DNA of 64,000 nt, from positions 9,167 to 73,166 of the forward strand of contig CAYJKI010000007.1 of assembly GCA_964370935.1 (NCBI GenBank), given 5' to 3'. Both the position numbers and the translations under genes were made by a program. The notes beneath the pieces were generated by a model. The model had not been told where the DNA came from. It did no database searches and saw only the letters and a program-made list of their open reading frames with translations. This stretch comes from an uncultured Ignavibacteria bacterium (GTDB lineage: Bacteria > Zixibacteria > MSB-5A5 > CAIYYT01). The stretch's first letter is position 1. Every line of letters starts with the position of its first letter. This document shows positions 12,730 to 23,112 of this stretch, piece after piece.

Positions 12730-13590
12730 TTGGGTCAGAAAACTCATCCAGTTGGATTAAGACTGGGAATCATTCGCGGCTGGAACTCCAAGTGGTTCGC
12801 TCAACGCAATTTTGCCGACTTGGTTGCTTCCGATCTTAAGATCAAGCGCTATGTCACCCAGCGTTTAGAAAACGCCGGTTTGGCAAACATCGAAATTCTT
12901 CGCGACCCGAAGAAGGTCACGGTTGACATTCATACTTCGCGTCCGGGCATTGTTATCGGCCGCAAGGGAATTGAAGTCGACAAACTGCGTGAGGAGCTGC
13001 GTCTTCTGGCCAACACCGAGATTACTCTCAATATTATTGAAGTTAAGAAGCCCGAGCTTTCGGCCCGTTTGGTTGCGGATTCAATTGCGCGCCAATTGGA
13101 AGGCCGCATCAGTTTCCGCCGCGCCATGAAGAAGGCGATCGGGGCGACGATGAAGATGGGCGCCGAAGGGATCAAGGTCCAGTGCGGCGGTCGTTTGGGT
13201 GGCGCGGAAATAGCGCGCACGGAAAAGTACAAAGACGGTCGTATTCCTCTCCATACTTTGAGAGCGGATATTGATTATTCGACTTCGACTGCTCATACGG
13301 CTTATGGCTGTATCGGGGTCAAGGTTTGGATCTGTCGCGGTGAGATTCTTGACCGCTTTGCCGAACCGGTGAAGCGTCCAGAAGATCAACAGCAGAGCCA
13401 GCAGGGCGACCGCCCGCGTTTCCGCGATGATCGCGGAGGCCGAGGCGGAGACCGGGGCGGAGATCGTGGACGTCGCGGCGGTGGTGGCGGAGGCGGCGGT
13501 CAGCATCAGCAGCGCGGCCGGATTCGCAAGCCGGGTGGCGGCGGTGGCGCCGGAGGCGGCGGCGACAGAGGGCCGCAACAGGCACAGTAA
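12730..13590 (+). CDS. rpsC: 30S ribosomal protein S3 with ~65-aa Arg/Gly-rich (RGG-like) C-terminal extension
   Basis: TTG start, MGQKTHPVGLRLGI…KH domain; the C-terminus is DRGGRGGDRGGDRGRRGGGGGGGG…GGGGGAGGGGD…. Confidence 0.95.
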   Translation: MGQKTHPVGLRLGIIRGWNSKWFAQRNFADLVASDLKIKRYVTQRLENAGLANIEILRDPKKVTVDIHTSRPGIVIGRKGIEVDKLREELRLLANTEITLNIIEVKKPELSARLVADSIARQLEGRISFRRAMKKAIGATMKMGAEGIKVQCGGRLGGAEIARTEKYKDGRIPLHTLRADIDYSTSTAHTAYGCIGVKVWICRGEILDRFAEPVKRPEDQQQSQQGDRPRFRDDRGGRGGDRGGDRGRRGGGGGGGGQHQQRGRIRKPGGGGGAGGGGDRGPQQAQ

Positions 13591-13673
13591 TTGGTCAAGA
13601 AATGACTTGCGGACAGAGAGTTCCACGGATATATTGCAAGTCTGTCACTTTTGGGATTTTGGAGTAGATAATT

Positions 13674-14093
13674 ATGTTAATGCCAAAAAGAATCAAGTAT
13701 CGCCGGCACCACCGCGGTCGTCGCAATGGACTGGCGTATCGTGGTTCCGATATCGATTTCGGCGAGTTTGGTCTTAAGGCATTAGAACCGGCCTGGATCA
13801 CGAACCGCCAGATCGAAGCCGCGCGTGTGGCTTTAACGCGCCATATCAAGCGCGGCGGCAAGATTTGGATCCGGATCTTTCCGGACAAGCCGGTGACGAA
13901 GAAGCCGGCGGAAACGAGAATGGGCAAGGGCAAGGGCGCACCGGAGTTTTGGGTCGCAGTGATCAAGCCGGGACGCATACTTTTTGAGATAGAGGGTGTC
14001 AACGAGAAGCTTGCCGAAGAGGGAATGAGATTAGCCGCTTCGAAGCTTCCGCTGAAAACGAAATTTGTCAAACGCGAAGCAGCGGCGGCGTAG
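13674..14093 (+). CDS. rplP: 50S ribosomal protein L16
   Basis: 139 aa, [11 protein letters not shown]…. Confidence 0.96.
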   Translation: MLMPKRIKYRRHHRGRRNGLAYRGSDIDFGEFGLKALEPAWITNRQIEAARVALTRHIKRGGKIWIRIFPDKPVTKKPAETRMGKGKGAPEFWVAVIKPGRILFEIEGVNEKLAEEGMRLAASKLPLKTKFVKREAAAA

Positions 14094-14099
14094 AGTTTT

Positions 14100-14339
14100 A
14101 TGAAAATAGTAGCCTTACGGGATTTGACCCACGAAGAGGTCATGCAGAAGAAGTCGGAGCTCGAGGACGAGTTGTTCAATCTTCGGCTGAAGAAGAAAAC
14201 CAAGCAGGCGCAGAATCCGGTGCGGATGCGTTACGTACGCCGCGACTTGGCCCGCATTTTCACGTTGTTGCGTGAAGAGCAGCTCGGCAAGACGCACCTG
14301 GCAGTGAGTGGCAAGATTATGCTGGATAAGAAGGAGTAG
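14100..14339 (+). CDS. rpmC: 50S ribosomal protein L29 (extended C-terminus)
   Basis: 79 aa; the L29 core (…[13 protein letters not shown]…) is followed by ~15 extra residues. Confidence 0.9.
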   Translation: MKIVALRDLTHEEVMQKKSELEDELFNLRLKKKTKQAQNPVRMRYVRRDLARIFTLLREEQLGKTHLAVSGKIMLDKKE

Positions 14340-14341
14340 GG

Positions 14342-14596
14342 GTGGAGAGAAAATTTCGCAAGACCAGAGTCGGCGTCGTCGTTTCCAACAAGATGGAGAA
14401 GACGATTACCGTGGAGCTGGAACGCAAGATGAAGCATCCGTTGTACACCAGAGTTATCAAGCGCCGTTCGAAGCTGTATGCTCATGACGAGCAGAATGTC
14501 TGCGGTATTGGCGACAAGGTTCTGGTGATGGAAACCCGCCCACTCTCCAAGTTGAAAAGATGGCGTCTGGTTAAAGTCGTCGAGAAAGCGGTATAG
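14342..14596 (+). CDS. rpsQ: 30S ribosomal protein S17
   Basis: GTG start; [23 protein letters not shown]…. Confidence 0.94.
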   Translation: MERKFRKTRVGVVVSNKMEKTITVELERKMKHPLYTRVIKRRSKLYAHDEQNVCGIGDKVLVMETRPLSKLKRWRLVKVVEKAV

Positions 14597-14599
14597 GAA

Positions 14600-14968
14600 A
14601 TGATTCAGGAGTATTCGCGGCTAAACGTCGCAGATAATTCGGGCGCCAAGAAGGTGATGTGTTTCCGCGTATTGGGCGGCACGCGCCGGCGGTATGCCCG
14701 GATCGGCGACATTATTGTCTGCACGGTCAAAGATGCAATACCCGGCGGCACGGTGAAGAAATCGGAAGTCTGCCGCGCCGTTGTGGTTCGGACGGTTGAT
14801 GCGGTTCGCCGCAAGGACGGTTCGACGGTGCGTTTTTCAGAGAACGCGGCGGTTATCATTAACGATCAGAAGGAACCGCGCGGAACGCGTATCTTTGGGC
14901 CGGTTGCCCGCGAATTGCGCGAGAAGCAGTTCATGAAGATTGTCTCGCTGGCTCCGGAGGTTGTGTAA
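14600..14968 (+). CDS. rplN: 50S ribosomal protein L14
   Basis: 122 aa, [19 protein letters not shown]…. Confidence 0.97.
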   Translation: MIQEYSRLNVADNSGAKKVMCFRVLGGTRRRYARIGDIIVCTVKDAIPGGTVKKSEVCRAVVVRTVDAVRRKDGSTVRFSENAAVIINDQKEPRGTRIFGPVARELREKQFMKIVSLAPEVV

Positions 14969-14972
14969 GATT

Positions 14973-15296
14973 ATGAAGATCCGCAAAGGCGATACGGTAA
15001 GAGTTCTTAGCGGCAAGAACAAGGGCAAGACCGCGCGCGTACTGATGGTCAATCCCGAAAAAATGCGCATCTGGGTTGAGGGTGTTAATCTGGTCAAGCG
15101 GCATTCGCGTCCGACGCAGAAGAACCCCAAGGGTGGAGTGGTAGAGAAGGAAGGTTCGTTGCATATTTCGAAGGTGATGCTGATGGATACCAAGGCGAAT
15201 TTGCCGACACGGGTGGGTTATCACATAGTCCGCAGTGAAGACGGCCGGGTTTCCAGTAAGCTTCGCATTAGCAAGAAGTCGGGAGAAAACATTTAA
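14973..15296 (+). CDS. rplX: 50S ribosomal protein L24
   Basis: The ATG at 14973 (MKIRKGDTVRVLSGKNKGK…) follows the rplN stop. The ORF-track start at 14940 overlaps rplN and is not used. Confidence 0.93.
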   Translation: MKIRKGDTVRVLSGKNKGKTARVLMVNPEKMRIWVEGVNLVKRHSRPTQKNPKGGVVEKEGSLHISKVMLMDTKANLPTRVGYHIVRSEDGRVSSKLRISKKSGENI

Positions 15297-15306
15297 GTAA
15301 ACTACT

Positions 15307-15849
15307 ATGGCAAGATTTAAACTTTACTACAAAGACGAAGTTGTACCGCGCTTGATGAAAGAGGGCGGATACAAGAACGTGATGCAGGTCCCGAAGATCA
15401 CGAAGATCGTGATCAATGTCGGGCTGGGTGAAGCGATTCAGAATGCCAAGGCGCTGGAAGCGGCGACGGGCGATTTGACGATGATTACGGGCCAGAAGCC
15501 GCATGTGCGTCGCGCCACCAAGTCGGTCGCGAATTTCAAGTTGCGCGAAGGAATGCCGATCGGCATTGCCACGACGCTGCGCGGCGAAAAGATGTATGAA
15601 TTTCTTGACCGTTTGGTTTCAGTCGCTTTCCCGCGCGTCCGCGACTTTCGCGGCATATCGCCGAAGTCGTTTGACGGGCGCGGCAACTACACCATCGGAT
15701 TGAAAGAGCAGATTCTTTTCCCGGAGATCGATTATGATAAGATCGACAAGATCCGGGGTATGAATATCACAATTGTCACGACGGCGAAGACGGATGAGGA
15801 AGCTTTGAATTTGCTGACTCACATGAAGCTGCCGTTCAGAAAGTCGTAA
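15307..15849 (+). CDS. rplE: 50S ribosomal protein L5
   Basis: 180 aa, typical L5 N- and C-terminal regions. Confidence 0.96.
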   Translation: MARFKLYYKDEVVPRLMKEGGYKNVMQVPKITKIVINVGLGEAIQNAKALEAATGDLTMITGQKPHVRRATKSVANFKLREGMPIGIATTLRGEKMYEFLDRLVSVAFPRVRDFRGISPKSFDGRGNYTIGLKEQILFPEIDYDKIDKIRGMNITIVTTAKTDEEALNLLTHMKLPFRKS

Positions 15850-15858
15850 GGAGCACGC

Positions 15859-16044
15859 TTGGCAAAAACCTGTTTGATCAAGAAGCAGCAGCGCACGCCG
15901 AAGTTTTCTTCGCGTGCATACAGCCGCTGTCGTCGTTGCGGACGCCCCCGCGCCTATTACAGAAAGTTTGGCATCTGCCGTTTATGTTTCCGCGAGATGG
16001 CGCTGGCCGGTGATTTACCGGGCGTTGTCAAGGCGAGTTGGTAG
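15859..16044 (+). CDS. rpsN: 30S ribosomal protein S14 type Z (zinc-binding)
   Basis: 61 aa, TTG start, CRRCGRP…CRLC zinc-ribbon motif. Confidence 0.94.
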   Translation: MAKTCLIKKQQRTPKFSSRAYSRCRRCGRPRAYYRKFGICRLCFREMALAGDLPGVVKASW

Positions 16045-16061
16045 GGAAGGATTAAGAGACG

Positions 16062-16460
16062 ATGACGACCACAGATCCGATTGCGGATATGCTGACCCGC
16101 ATCCGAAACGGCTGCAAGGCCCGGATGAAGAAGGTTGATGTTCCTGCTTCGAATATCAAGCGTGAAATCGCCCGCATTCTTGAAGAGCACCGCTTTATCA
16201 AGAAGACCGTTGAAGTGAAAGACGACAAGCAGGGCGTGCTGCGCATTTACTTGCGCTACAACAAATTTGATGAGCCGGTGATCCGGGGCATTCGCCGCGT
16301 GTCGCGTCCGGGATTGCGTCAATACGCCAACAATGAAAAGATACAGAAAATGAGCCGCAGCATGGGCATGACAATCCTGACCACCTCGCGCGGCCTGATG
16401 ACGAGTGAAGATGCGCGCAAAGAGAAGGTTGGCGGAGAAGCTCTCTGCTACGTGTGGTAG
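16062..16460 (+). CDS. rpsH: 30S ribosomal protein S8
   Basis: 132 aa, MTTTDPIADMLTRIRNG…. Confidence 0.96.
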   Translation: MTTTDPIADMLTRIRNGCKARMKKVDVPASNIKREIARILEEHRFIKKTVEVKDDKQGVLRIYLRYNKFDEPVIRGIRRVSRPGLRQYANNEKIQKMSRSMGMTILTTSRGLMTSEDARKEKVGGEALCYVW

Positions 16461-16475
16461 GATTAGAGGATAAAT

Positions 16476-17012
16476 ATGTCGAGAATAGGTAGAGCCCCGA
16501 TAACCGTGCCGGACAAGGTCAAGATTGAGTTGTCCGGATCTGATATGAAGGTCACCGGCCCGAAGGGGTCGTTGGAGAAGACCTTCCATCCGTCGATGAC
16601 GATTAAGCTGGAGAAGGGCATCATTACAGTTGAGCGTCCGGGCGACAGCAAGTTTCATCGTTCGCTGCACGGCCTGACCCGCCAGCTGATCCACAACATG
16701 GTGCAAGGTGTGACGGTGGGATTCCAGAGGGAATTGGAAATCCAGGGCGTCGGTTATCGTGCCGAGTTGGTCGGCAAGGCGCTGAAGATTGCCGTGGGTT
16801 TCTCGCATCCGATAATTATCAAGCCGGTGCCGGGAATTTCGGTGGTGCTTGATGACCCGACGCATTTCAAGGTCGTCGGAATGGACAAAGAACTGGTCGG
16901 TATGATGGCGTCGAAAATTCGCGGCTTCCGTCCGCCGGAACCATACAAGGGCAAGGGCATTCGCTACAAGGGCGAGGCCGTACGCAAGAAAGCCGGCAAG
17001 ACCGCGGCATAG
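16476..17012 (+). CDS. rplF: 50S ribosomal protein L6
   Basis: 178 aa, MSRIGRAPITVPDKVKIE…. Confidence 0.96.
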   Translation: MSRIGRAPITVPDKVKIELSGSDMKVTGPKGSLEKTFHPSMTIKLEKGIITVERPGDSKFHRSLHGLTRQLIHNMVQGVTVGFQRELEIQGVGYRAELVGKALKIAVGFSHPIIIKPVPGISVVLDDPTHFKVVGMDKELVGMMASKIRGFRPPEPYKGKGIRYKGEAVRKKAGKTAA

Positions 17013-17024
17013 TGGAGTAACAAA

Positions 17025-17399
17025 ATGTCTGACAAAAATTCGATACATCAACGCATGCAGAAACGCCGCCAGATGCGCGTGCGCAAGAAAGTCCAGGGCT
17101 CGGCGGTGCGCCCGCGGTTGTCGGTTTATCGTTCGGCCAAGAACATCTATGCGCAGATTATTGATGATGTCGCCGGTATCACGCTGGTGTCGTCTTCAAG
17201 CATCGACAAGGACATGGTCGAGACGGTAAAGAGTGCGAAGAAGAAGGGCGATCTGTCGCTGTTGGTCGGTGAAAACGTCGCCAAGAAAGCGATTGCCAAG
17301 GGCATCGAATTGGTGGTGTTCGACCGCAATCGTTACGAGTACCATGGCCGCGTCAAAGGCGTCGCCGAGGGTGCTCGCAAAGCTGGTTTGAAATTTTAG
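17025..17399 (+). CDS. rplR: 50S ribosomal protein L18
   Basis: 124 aa, …[20 protein letters not shown]…. Confidence 0.95.
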   Translation: MSDKNSIHQRMQKRRQMRVRKKVQGSAVRPRLSVYRSAKNIYAQIIDDVAGITLVSSSSIDKDMVETVKSAKKKGDLSLLVGENVAKKAIAKGIELVVFDRNRYEYHGRVKGVAEGARKAGLKF

Positions 17400-17421
17400 T
17401 TGGTAGATTGAGGTATATAGT

Positions 17422-17910
17422 TTGGCTCGCTACGAATCAGAAGAACAAGAACTGCAGGAAAAAGTCATCCACATCAACCGGGTAGCGAAAGTTATCAAGG
17501 GTGGAAGACGCTTCTCCTTCACGGCCATCGTCAGTGTCGGCGATCGCCAGGGTCAGGTCGGCATCGGTCTGGGTAAGGCCTCCGAAGTAGTCGATGCCAT
17601 TCGCAAGGGCACCGAGGCAGCCCGTAAAGGCATGGTGCGCGTGTCGATTGTCCACGGGACGATCCCGCACGAAATCATCGGCCGCTATGGCGCAGCGCGC
17701 GTGTTGCTGAAGCCGGCCTCGGCGGGTACCGGCGTTATTGCCGGCGGTACGGTGCGCGCGATTCTCGACGCCGCCGGAGTACAGGACATTCTCACCAAGT
17801 CGCTGGGTTCGAGCAGTCCGCACAACGTCGTTAAGGCGACGATGGACGGTTTGATGCGTTTGCGCACCAAGGAAGAACAGCGCGGCTTCCGCGAATTGGA
17901 GTTGAGTTAG
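17422..17910 (+). CDS. rpsE: 30S ribosomal protein S5
   Basis: TTG start; …[24 protein letters not shown]…. Confidence 0.95.
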   Translation: MARYESEEQELQEKVIHINRVAKVIKGGRRFSFTAIVSVGDRQGQVGIGLGKASEVVDAIRKGTEAARKGMVRVSIVHGTIPHEIIGRYGAARVLLKPASAGTGVIAGGTVRAILDAAGVQDILTKSLGSSSPHNVVKATMDGLMRLRTKEEQRGFRELELS

Positions 17911-17913
17911 TTT

Positions 17914-18096
17914 ATGGCGAAGCACTTGAAGATCACGCTGGTCAAGGGCCTGTCGGGCCACATTGAAGCGCATCGCGGGACGGTTCGCGCGCTGGGTATC
18001 CACAAGACGAATCACAGCGTCGTCCATAATGACACGCCGCAAATTCGCGGCATGATCAAGTCGATTAGTTATCTGCTCAAGGTGGAGGAAGTTTAA
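17914..18096 (+). CDS. rpmD: 50S ribosomal protein L30
   Basis: 60 aa, [15 protein letters not shown]…. Confidence 0.93.
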   Translation: MAKHLKITLVKGLSGHIEAHRGTVRALGIHKTNHSVVHNDTPQIRGMIKSISYLLKVEEV

Positions 18097-18097
18097 G

Positions 18098-18544
18098 ATG
18101 AAGCTGGGCGAATTACAGAAAGCGAAAGGCTCCACCACAACCCGCAAGCGTGTTGGTCGCGGCCCGGGTTCGGGATTGGGCGAACAGTCGACCCGCGGAC
18201 ACAAGGGTGCGCGCGCGCGTGCCGGTTTCAAGTACAAACCGTGGCACGAAGGCGGCCAGATGCCATTGCTGCGCCGTTTGCCGAAGCGCGGATTCCACAA
18301 CATTCACGGCACAGTCTATCAGGCCGTCAATGTCGATGACATCGCCCGCAAGTTTACTTCCGGCGGTGAGATCAATATCGTGAGTTTGAAAGAGCATAAT
18401 CTGATTAGATCACTGAATAGACCGGTGAAGGTTCTGGGTAACGGTGAGCTAAAAGTCAGCATCACTTTGAAAGTGCATGCGGCTTCCAAGTCGGCTATTG
18501 ACAAGATCACCGCGGCCGGAGGGAAGGTGGAAATCGTCAAGTGA
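18098..18544 (+). CDS. rplO: 50S ribosomal protein L15
   Basis: 148 aa, MKLGELQKAKGSTTTRKRVGRGPGSGLG…. Confidence 0.95.
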   Translation: MKLGELQKAKGSTTTRKRVGRGPGSGLGEQSTRGHKGARARAGFKYKPWHEGGQMPLLRRLPKRGFHNIHGTVYQAVNVDDIARKFTSGGEINIVSLKEHNLIRSLNRPVKVLGNGELKVSITLKVHAASKSAIDKITAAGGKVEIVK

Positions 18545-19857
18545 TCGAGAAAATACAGAATATCTTTAAGGTCAAAGAGCTGAGGGAGAGGATTCTTTTC
18601 ACCCTCGGCATTTTGATTATATACCGCATCGGCAGTCATGTACCGACTCCGGGTATTGATGCTGCATTGTTGCAGCAGTTCTTCGTCAACCAGGCCGGCA
18701 CGCTGTTCGGCATGTTTGACATGTTTGTCGGCGGCGCTTTCCAGAAGGCGACGATTTTCTCGCTGGGTATCATGCCGTACATTTCGGCATCAATTATCAT
18801 TCAGCTGTTGACGCCGATTTTCCCGTATTTCCAGCGCCTCGCCAAGGAAGGTGAAGAAGGCCGCCGGAAGATTACGCAGTACACGCGTTACGGCACAGTG
18901 GCGATTGCATTGATGCAGTCGTTTGGTGTCGCCGTTTGGCTGCAGTCACTTCAGCCCGAACCGGGCATTTCCGTCGTCGTGAATCCCGGCGTGGGATTTG
19001 TCATGCTGTGCATGATCACCTTCACGGCCGGAACGATTTTCATTATGTGGCTGGGTGAGAAGATCACCGAACGCGGTATCGGCAACGGTATCTCGTTGAT
19101 TATTTTCATCGGAATTATCGCGACGTTCCCGCGCGCCGTCATTGATTCGTTTACAGATATTCAATCGGGCACGCGTTCGATATTCAGCGAGCTGTTCCTG
19201 TTAGTGTTAATGATCGCGACGATCGCAGCGATTGTGGTTGTCACGCGCGCCCAGCGCAAGATTCCGGTCCAGCATGCCAAGCGCATTGTCGGGCGGAAGG
19301 TGATGGGCGGAGTCACGACGCATCTGCCGCTGTCGGTTAACACCGCCGGCGTTATCCCGATCATCTTTGCGCAGTCGATCATGTTTGCTCCGGCGACGTT
19401 GTTGACGCTGTTCCCGCAGTCGGATTTCGTGCAGAACTTTGTCAGCTATTTACAGCCGGGCGAGGTGATTTACAGTGTCGTTTATGGTTTGATTATTGTG
19501 TTCTTTGCTTACTTCTATACTGCCATCGTTGTCAATCCAATTGACATGGCGGATAACATGAAAAAGCAGGGAGCTTTTATTCCCGGAATTCGTCCGGGGC
19601 GGAGCACGGCTGAATATATTGACCGCGTACTGACTCGCATAACGCTTCCCGGCGCTATTTTCTTCGCGCTCATAGCGGTGATGCCGTACATCCTGATCAA
19701 GGCGTTTGACGTCAAGTATTACTTCGGCGGTACGGGCATCCTGATCGTGGTTGGTGTCGCTCTCGATACCTTGCAGCAGGTTGAGTCGCATTTGATTATG
19801 CGGCATTATGAAGGCTTTATGAAGCAGGGTAGAATCAAGGGCCGTTCTGCGCTATGA
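18541..19857 (+). CDS. secY: Preprotein translocase subunit SecY
   Basis: 438 aa polytopic membrane protein with a GTG start. It has conserved SecY segments (…GIMPYISASIIIQLL…) and overlaps the rplO stop and the adk start. Confidence 0.96.
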   Translation: MIEKIQNIFKVKELRERILFTLGILIIYRIGSHVPTPGIDAALLQQFFVNQAGTLFGMFDMFVGGAFQKATIFSLGIMPYISASIIIQLLTPIFPYFQRLAKEGEEGRRKITQYTRYGTVAIALMQSFGVAVWLQSLQPEPGISVVVNPGVGFVMLCMITFTAGTIFIMWLGEKITERGIGNGISLIIFIGIIATFPRAVIDSFTDIQSGTRSIFSELFLLVLMIATIAAIVVVTRAQRKIPVQHAKRIVGRKVMGGVTTHLPLSVNTAGVIPIIFAQSIMFAPATLLTLFPQSDFVQNFVSYLQPGEVIYSVVYGLIIVFFAYFYTAIVVNPIDMADNMKKQGAFIPGIRPGRSTAEYIDRVLTRITLPGAIFFALIAVMPYILIKAFDVKYYFGGTGILIVVGVALDTLQQVESHLIMRHYEGFMKQGRIKGRSAL

Positions 19858-20519
19858 GGCGATTGGTTCTCCTTGGTGCGCCCGGTTCCGGCAAAGGCAC
19901 GCAGGCCAAGATATTGGCCGGCAGCCTCGGACTGACGCATCTGTCGACCGGTGACATTTTACGCGAAGAAGTTCGCAACGGCACCGAGTTAGGCAACAAA
20001 GCCAAGGAGTACATGAATGCGGGCAAGCTGGTCACCGACGGGTTGATTCTCGAGATGATCGCGGCGCGGTTCGCCAATGACGATGTCCGCAACGGGTTTA
20101 TCTTGGATGGTTTTCCGCGGACACTGCCGCAGGCAGAAGGCTTTGACAAGCTGGCGGAGCGTCTGGAACTTCAGATCGACGCCGTTGTTAATCTTGAAGT
20201 CGACAGCGAGGCGATCGTTAAGAGACTTAGTGCACGTTCGACTTGCTCGACCTGCGGGACGATCTATAACGATCTGACCAAGCCACCGAAACGTCCGGGT
20301 TTGTGTGATCTGGATAACGGCTTGCTGCACAGACGGCCGGACGATAGCGAGATGGTGGTGCGCCACCGTCTCAATGTTTATTTTCAGCAGACCAAGCCCC
20401 TCGAGGAATATTACCGCGAGAGGGATTTGATGATAGGTGTACAGGGTGATAATCCTGTGGAGGTCGTCACGGCTGAGATTATTTCGAAGCTGGAGATGGC
20501 TAAAAAAAAAAGCAGAATG
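19854..20519 (+). CDS. adk: Adenylate kinase (zinc-lid type), here fused in-frame to map across an A10 tract
   Basis: Has the GAPGSGKGTQ P-loop and a Cys-X2-Cys…Cys-X2-Asp lid. The adk reading frame runs through the A10 run at 20502-20511 directly into map with no stop codon (single 471-aa ORF). Confidence 0.9.
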
Positions 20520-21269
20520 ATAGAACTGAAGTCGAAATCTGAAATTGCCAAGATCGCCGAGGCCGGGCGCATTGTCGCCACGGCCCACGATTTGGTGGAG
20601 TCGATGCTCAAGCCGGGTGTCGAGACGCGCGAGATCGATGACCGTGTTCGCGAATTGATCCTGCAGGAAGGCGGCGTGCCGTCGTTTCTCGGTTACCGCG
20701 GTTATCCGGCATCGACATGCATTTCCATCAACGAGGTGATCGTGCATGGAATTCCGGGCCGCCGGAAGATCAAGGATGGCGATTTGGTTTCGGTGGATAT
20801 CGGCGTTTTCAAAGACGGATTTCATGCCGATGCCGCCCGCACTTTTTTGGCAGGCAGCGCCGGAGTTGAGAAGCAGAAGATCACCAAGATCGTTCGTGAG
20901 GCGCTGGAGGCGGGAATAGCCGCCGGCAAACCGAATGGACGCTTGGGTGATATTTCGAGCGCCATTCAGAAGCACGCCGAGCGGAACGGTTTTTCAGTCG
21001 TCCGTGATTTAGTCGGACATGGCGTGGGACGCGCTTTGCATGAAGATCCACAGATTCCGAATTACGGTTCCGCCGGGTCGGGACCGGTTCTCAAGGTGGG
21101 AATGGTTTTGGCGATTGAACCGATGATCAATGCCGGGACCTGGGAGATTGAGACATTAGAAGACGGCTGGACAATCGTGACCGCTGATCGTAAGCTCTCC
21201 GCTCATTGGGAGAACACTTACGCGGTGACGAGCGACGGCATCGTAGCACTAACAGTTAGCGAGAATTGA
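20517..21269 (+). CDS. map: Methionine aminopeptidase type I (C-terminal part of the fused adk-map ORF)
   Basis: [21 protein letters not shown]…; metal ligands D…D…H…E…E are in a conserved context. It ends with an ATGA overlap onto infA. Confidence 0.93.
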   Translation: MIELKSKSEIAKIAEAGRIVATAHDLVESMLKPGVETREIDDRVRELILQEGGVPSFLGYRGYPASTCISINEVIVHGIPGRRKIKDGDLVSVDIGVFKDGFHADAARTFLAGSAGVEKQKITKIVREALEAGIAAGKPNGRLGDISSAIQKHAERNGFSVVRDLVGHGVGRALHEDPQIPNYGSAGSGPVLKVGMVLAIEPMINAGTWEIETLEDGWTIVTADRKLSAHWENTYAVTSDGIVALTVSEN

Positions 21270-21487
21270 TGACCAAAGAAGCGACCATTAAAGTCGAAGG
21301 TAAAGTTTTGGAACCACTGCCGAATGCAATGTTCAGAGTAGAACTCGACAACGGGCACAAGGTGCTGGCGCACGTTTCCGGCAAGATGAGGATGCATTTC
21401 ATAAAGATATTACCGGGTGATAAGGTGACGTTGGAATTGTCGCCTTACGATTTGAGCAAGGGTCGCATCGTTTATCGATATAAGTAG
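21266..21487 (+). CDS. infA: Translation initiation factor IF-1
   Basis: 73 aa S1-like OB fold, …[31 protein letters not shown]…. Confidence 0.95.
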   Translation: MMTKEATIKVEGKVLEPLPNAMFRVELDNGHKVLAHVSGKMRMHFIKILPGDKVTLELSPYDLSKGRIVYRYK

Positions 21488-21512
21488 AAGATTTGTTTCT
21501 GGAGTTTATGAT

Positions 21513-21629
21513 ATGAAAGTTCGTTCGTCAGTAAAACCGCGCTGTGAGCACTGTAAGATAATTCGTCGCCACGGCATTGTTCGGGTGATTTGCAGCAAAA
21601 ATCCGCGTCACAAACAGCGTCAGGGATAG
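21513..21629 (+). CDS. rpmJ: 50S ribosomal protein L36
   Basis: A 38-aa ORF not in the supplied track: [38 protein letters not shown] (zinc-ribbon CxxC…C…H). Confidence 0.92.
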   Translation: MKVRSSVKPRCEHCKIIRRHGIVRVICSKNPRHKQRQG

Positions 21630-21644
21630 GATCAGGAGGATAAA

Positions 21645-22025
21645 TTGGCTCGTATTGCAGGCGTAGACTTACCGCGCGAAAAGCGCCTTGAAATTGCGCT
21701 TACCTATATTTTCGGTCTGGGACCCGCCTCGGCGCGTGAGATTCTCAAGAAGACCGGAATCAATCCTGATCTGCGCGTTCACAAGATGACGGAAGAAGAC
21801 GTTGCGAAGCTGCGCAGCGTGATTGAAAACGATTACCGCGTCGAAGGTGTGCTTCGCAGCGAAGTCGCCATGAATATCAAGCGCTTGATTGATATCGGCA
21901 GCTATCGCGGCCTGCGCCACCGCCGCGGATTACCGCTACGCGGACAGCGCACGAAGACGAATGCGCGCACGCGCAAGGGTCCGAAGCGGACGATCGCCGG
22001 CAAGAAGAAAACGCCGACGAAGTAG
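21645..22025 (+). CDS. rpsM: 30S ribosomal protein S13
   Basis: TTG start; [14 protein letters not shown]…. Confidence 0.95.
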   Translation: MARIAGVDLPREKRLEIALTYIFGLGPASAREILKKTGINPDLRVHKMTEEDVAKLRSVIENDYRVEGVLRSEVAMNIKRLIDIGSYRGLRHRRGLPLRGQRTKTNARTRKGPKRTIAGKKKTPTK

Positions 22026-22066
22026 GATTGAAATGATATTTAGTTTTCCGATACAGGAGAGGTTAA

Positions 22067-22459
22067 TTGGCTAATCCGAAACCAAAAGGTAAGAAGAAAA
22101 AAGCGCGTCGCATCGATCCGATGGGCGTGGCTCATATTCAGTCGACGTTTAACAATACGATCATTTCGATCTGCGATTCCACCGGCGGTGTGATCGCCTG
22201 GTCGTCGGCCGGAAAGTCCGGATTCAAGGGTTCGAAGAAATCGACGCCGTTTGCGGCCCAGCTCGCAGCGACCTCTTCGGCCAAGGAAGCGATCGATCAG
22301 GGATTGCGCAAGATCGAGGTTTGGGTCAAGGGCCCGGGCTCCGGTCGCGAAGCGGCGATACGTTCATTGCAGGCGGCCGGTCTTGAGATCACCGCTATTA
22401 AAGATGTCACTCCGATTCCTCACAACGGCTGCCGTCCGCCCAAGCGGCGCAGAGTATAG
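22067..22459 (+). CDS. rpsK: 30S ribosomal protein S11
   Basis: TTG start; …[16 protein letters not shown]…. Confidence 0.95.
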   Translation: MANPKPKGKKKKARRIDPMGVAHIQSTFNNTIISICDSTGGVIAWSSAGKSGFKGSKKSTPFAAQLAATSSAKEAIDQGLRKIEVWVKGPGSGREAAIRSLQAAGLEITAIKDVTPIPHNGCRPPKRRRV

Positions 22460-22478
22460 GGTGGGGAGGTAAGTAGTT

Positions 22479-23090
22479 ATGGCAAGATATACAGGTCCGA
22501 AACATAAGATGTGCCGCCGTCTGGGCGAAAAAGTTTGCGATTCACTGAAGTGTCCGGTTGACCGCCGTCCGTATGGACCGGGTCAGCACGGCCAGGGCAT
22601 GCGCCGCAAGCTGTCCGAGTACGGTATTCAGTTGCGCGAGAAGCAGAAGGTGCGTTCGATTTACGGCGTGCTGGAGAAGCAGTTCCGCAACTATTTTGAA
22701 GAAGCCAACCGGATGAAGGGCGTGACGGGCGAAAACCTGTTGCAGCTTCTGGAATGCCGTTTGGATAACGTTGTATTTCGTTTGGGCTTTGCGCCGACCC
22801 GCCGCGCTGCGCGGCAGTTGGTTCGTCATCGCCATTTTGTGGTCGGCGGGCATATCGTTGATATTCCGTCGTACCAGTTGAAACCGCACGAGTTAATCCG
22901 CGTGAAGGATAAGTCGCGCAAGCTGGATATTATTCACATGGCGCTTAAGAACTCTGATCGTTCATCAGACTTGCCCTGGCTGCGTGTCAATAAAGCTTCA
23001 CTGGAGGGCGAACTGCTTGAGGTTCCGAAGCGTGCCGACATCCCGGTTCCGGTTTCCGAGCAGTTGATTGTGGAGTTGTACAGCAAGTAG
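22479..23090 (+). CDS. rpsD: 30S ribosomal protein S4
   Basis: 203 aa, MARYTGPKHKMCRRLGEK… (zinc-ribbon variant C…C), S4 domain. Confidence 0.95.
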   Translation: MARYTGPKHKMCRRLGEKVCDSLKCPVDRRPYGPGQHGQGMRRKLSEYGIQLREKQKVRSIYGVLEKQFRNYFEEANRMKGVTGENLLQLLECRLDNVVFRLGFAPTRRAARQLVRHRHFVVGGHIVDIPSYQLKPHELIRVKDKSRKLDIIHMALKNSDRSSDLPWLRVNKASLEGELLEVPKRADIPVPVSEQLIVELYSK

Positions 23091-23112
23091 TTTAGCAAGG
23101 AGAGTAGCTATA

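Noticed and set aside
13081-13626. 181-aa minus-strand ORF opposite the rpsC tail and leader of rplP
   Set aside because: Antisense to S3, including its GC-rich repeat-encoded tail; spurious.
15957-17051. 364-aa minus-strand ORF across rpsN/rpsH/rplF
   Set aside because: Antisense to conserved ribosomal protein genes; spurious.
17437-18303. 288-aa minus-strand ORF across rpsE/rpmD/rplO
   Set aside because: Antisense to conserved genes; spurious.
19989-20975. 328-aa minus-strand ORF antisense to adk-map
   Set aside because: Antisense to conserved genes; spurious.
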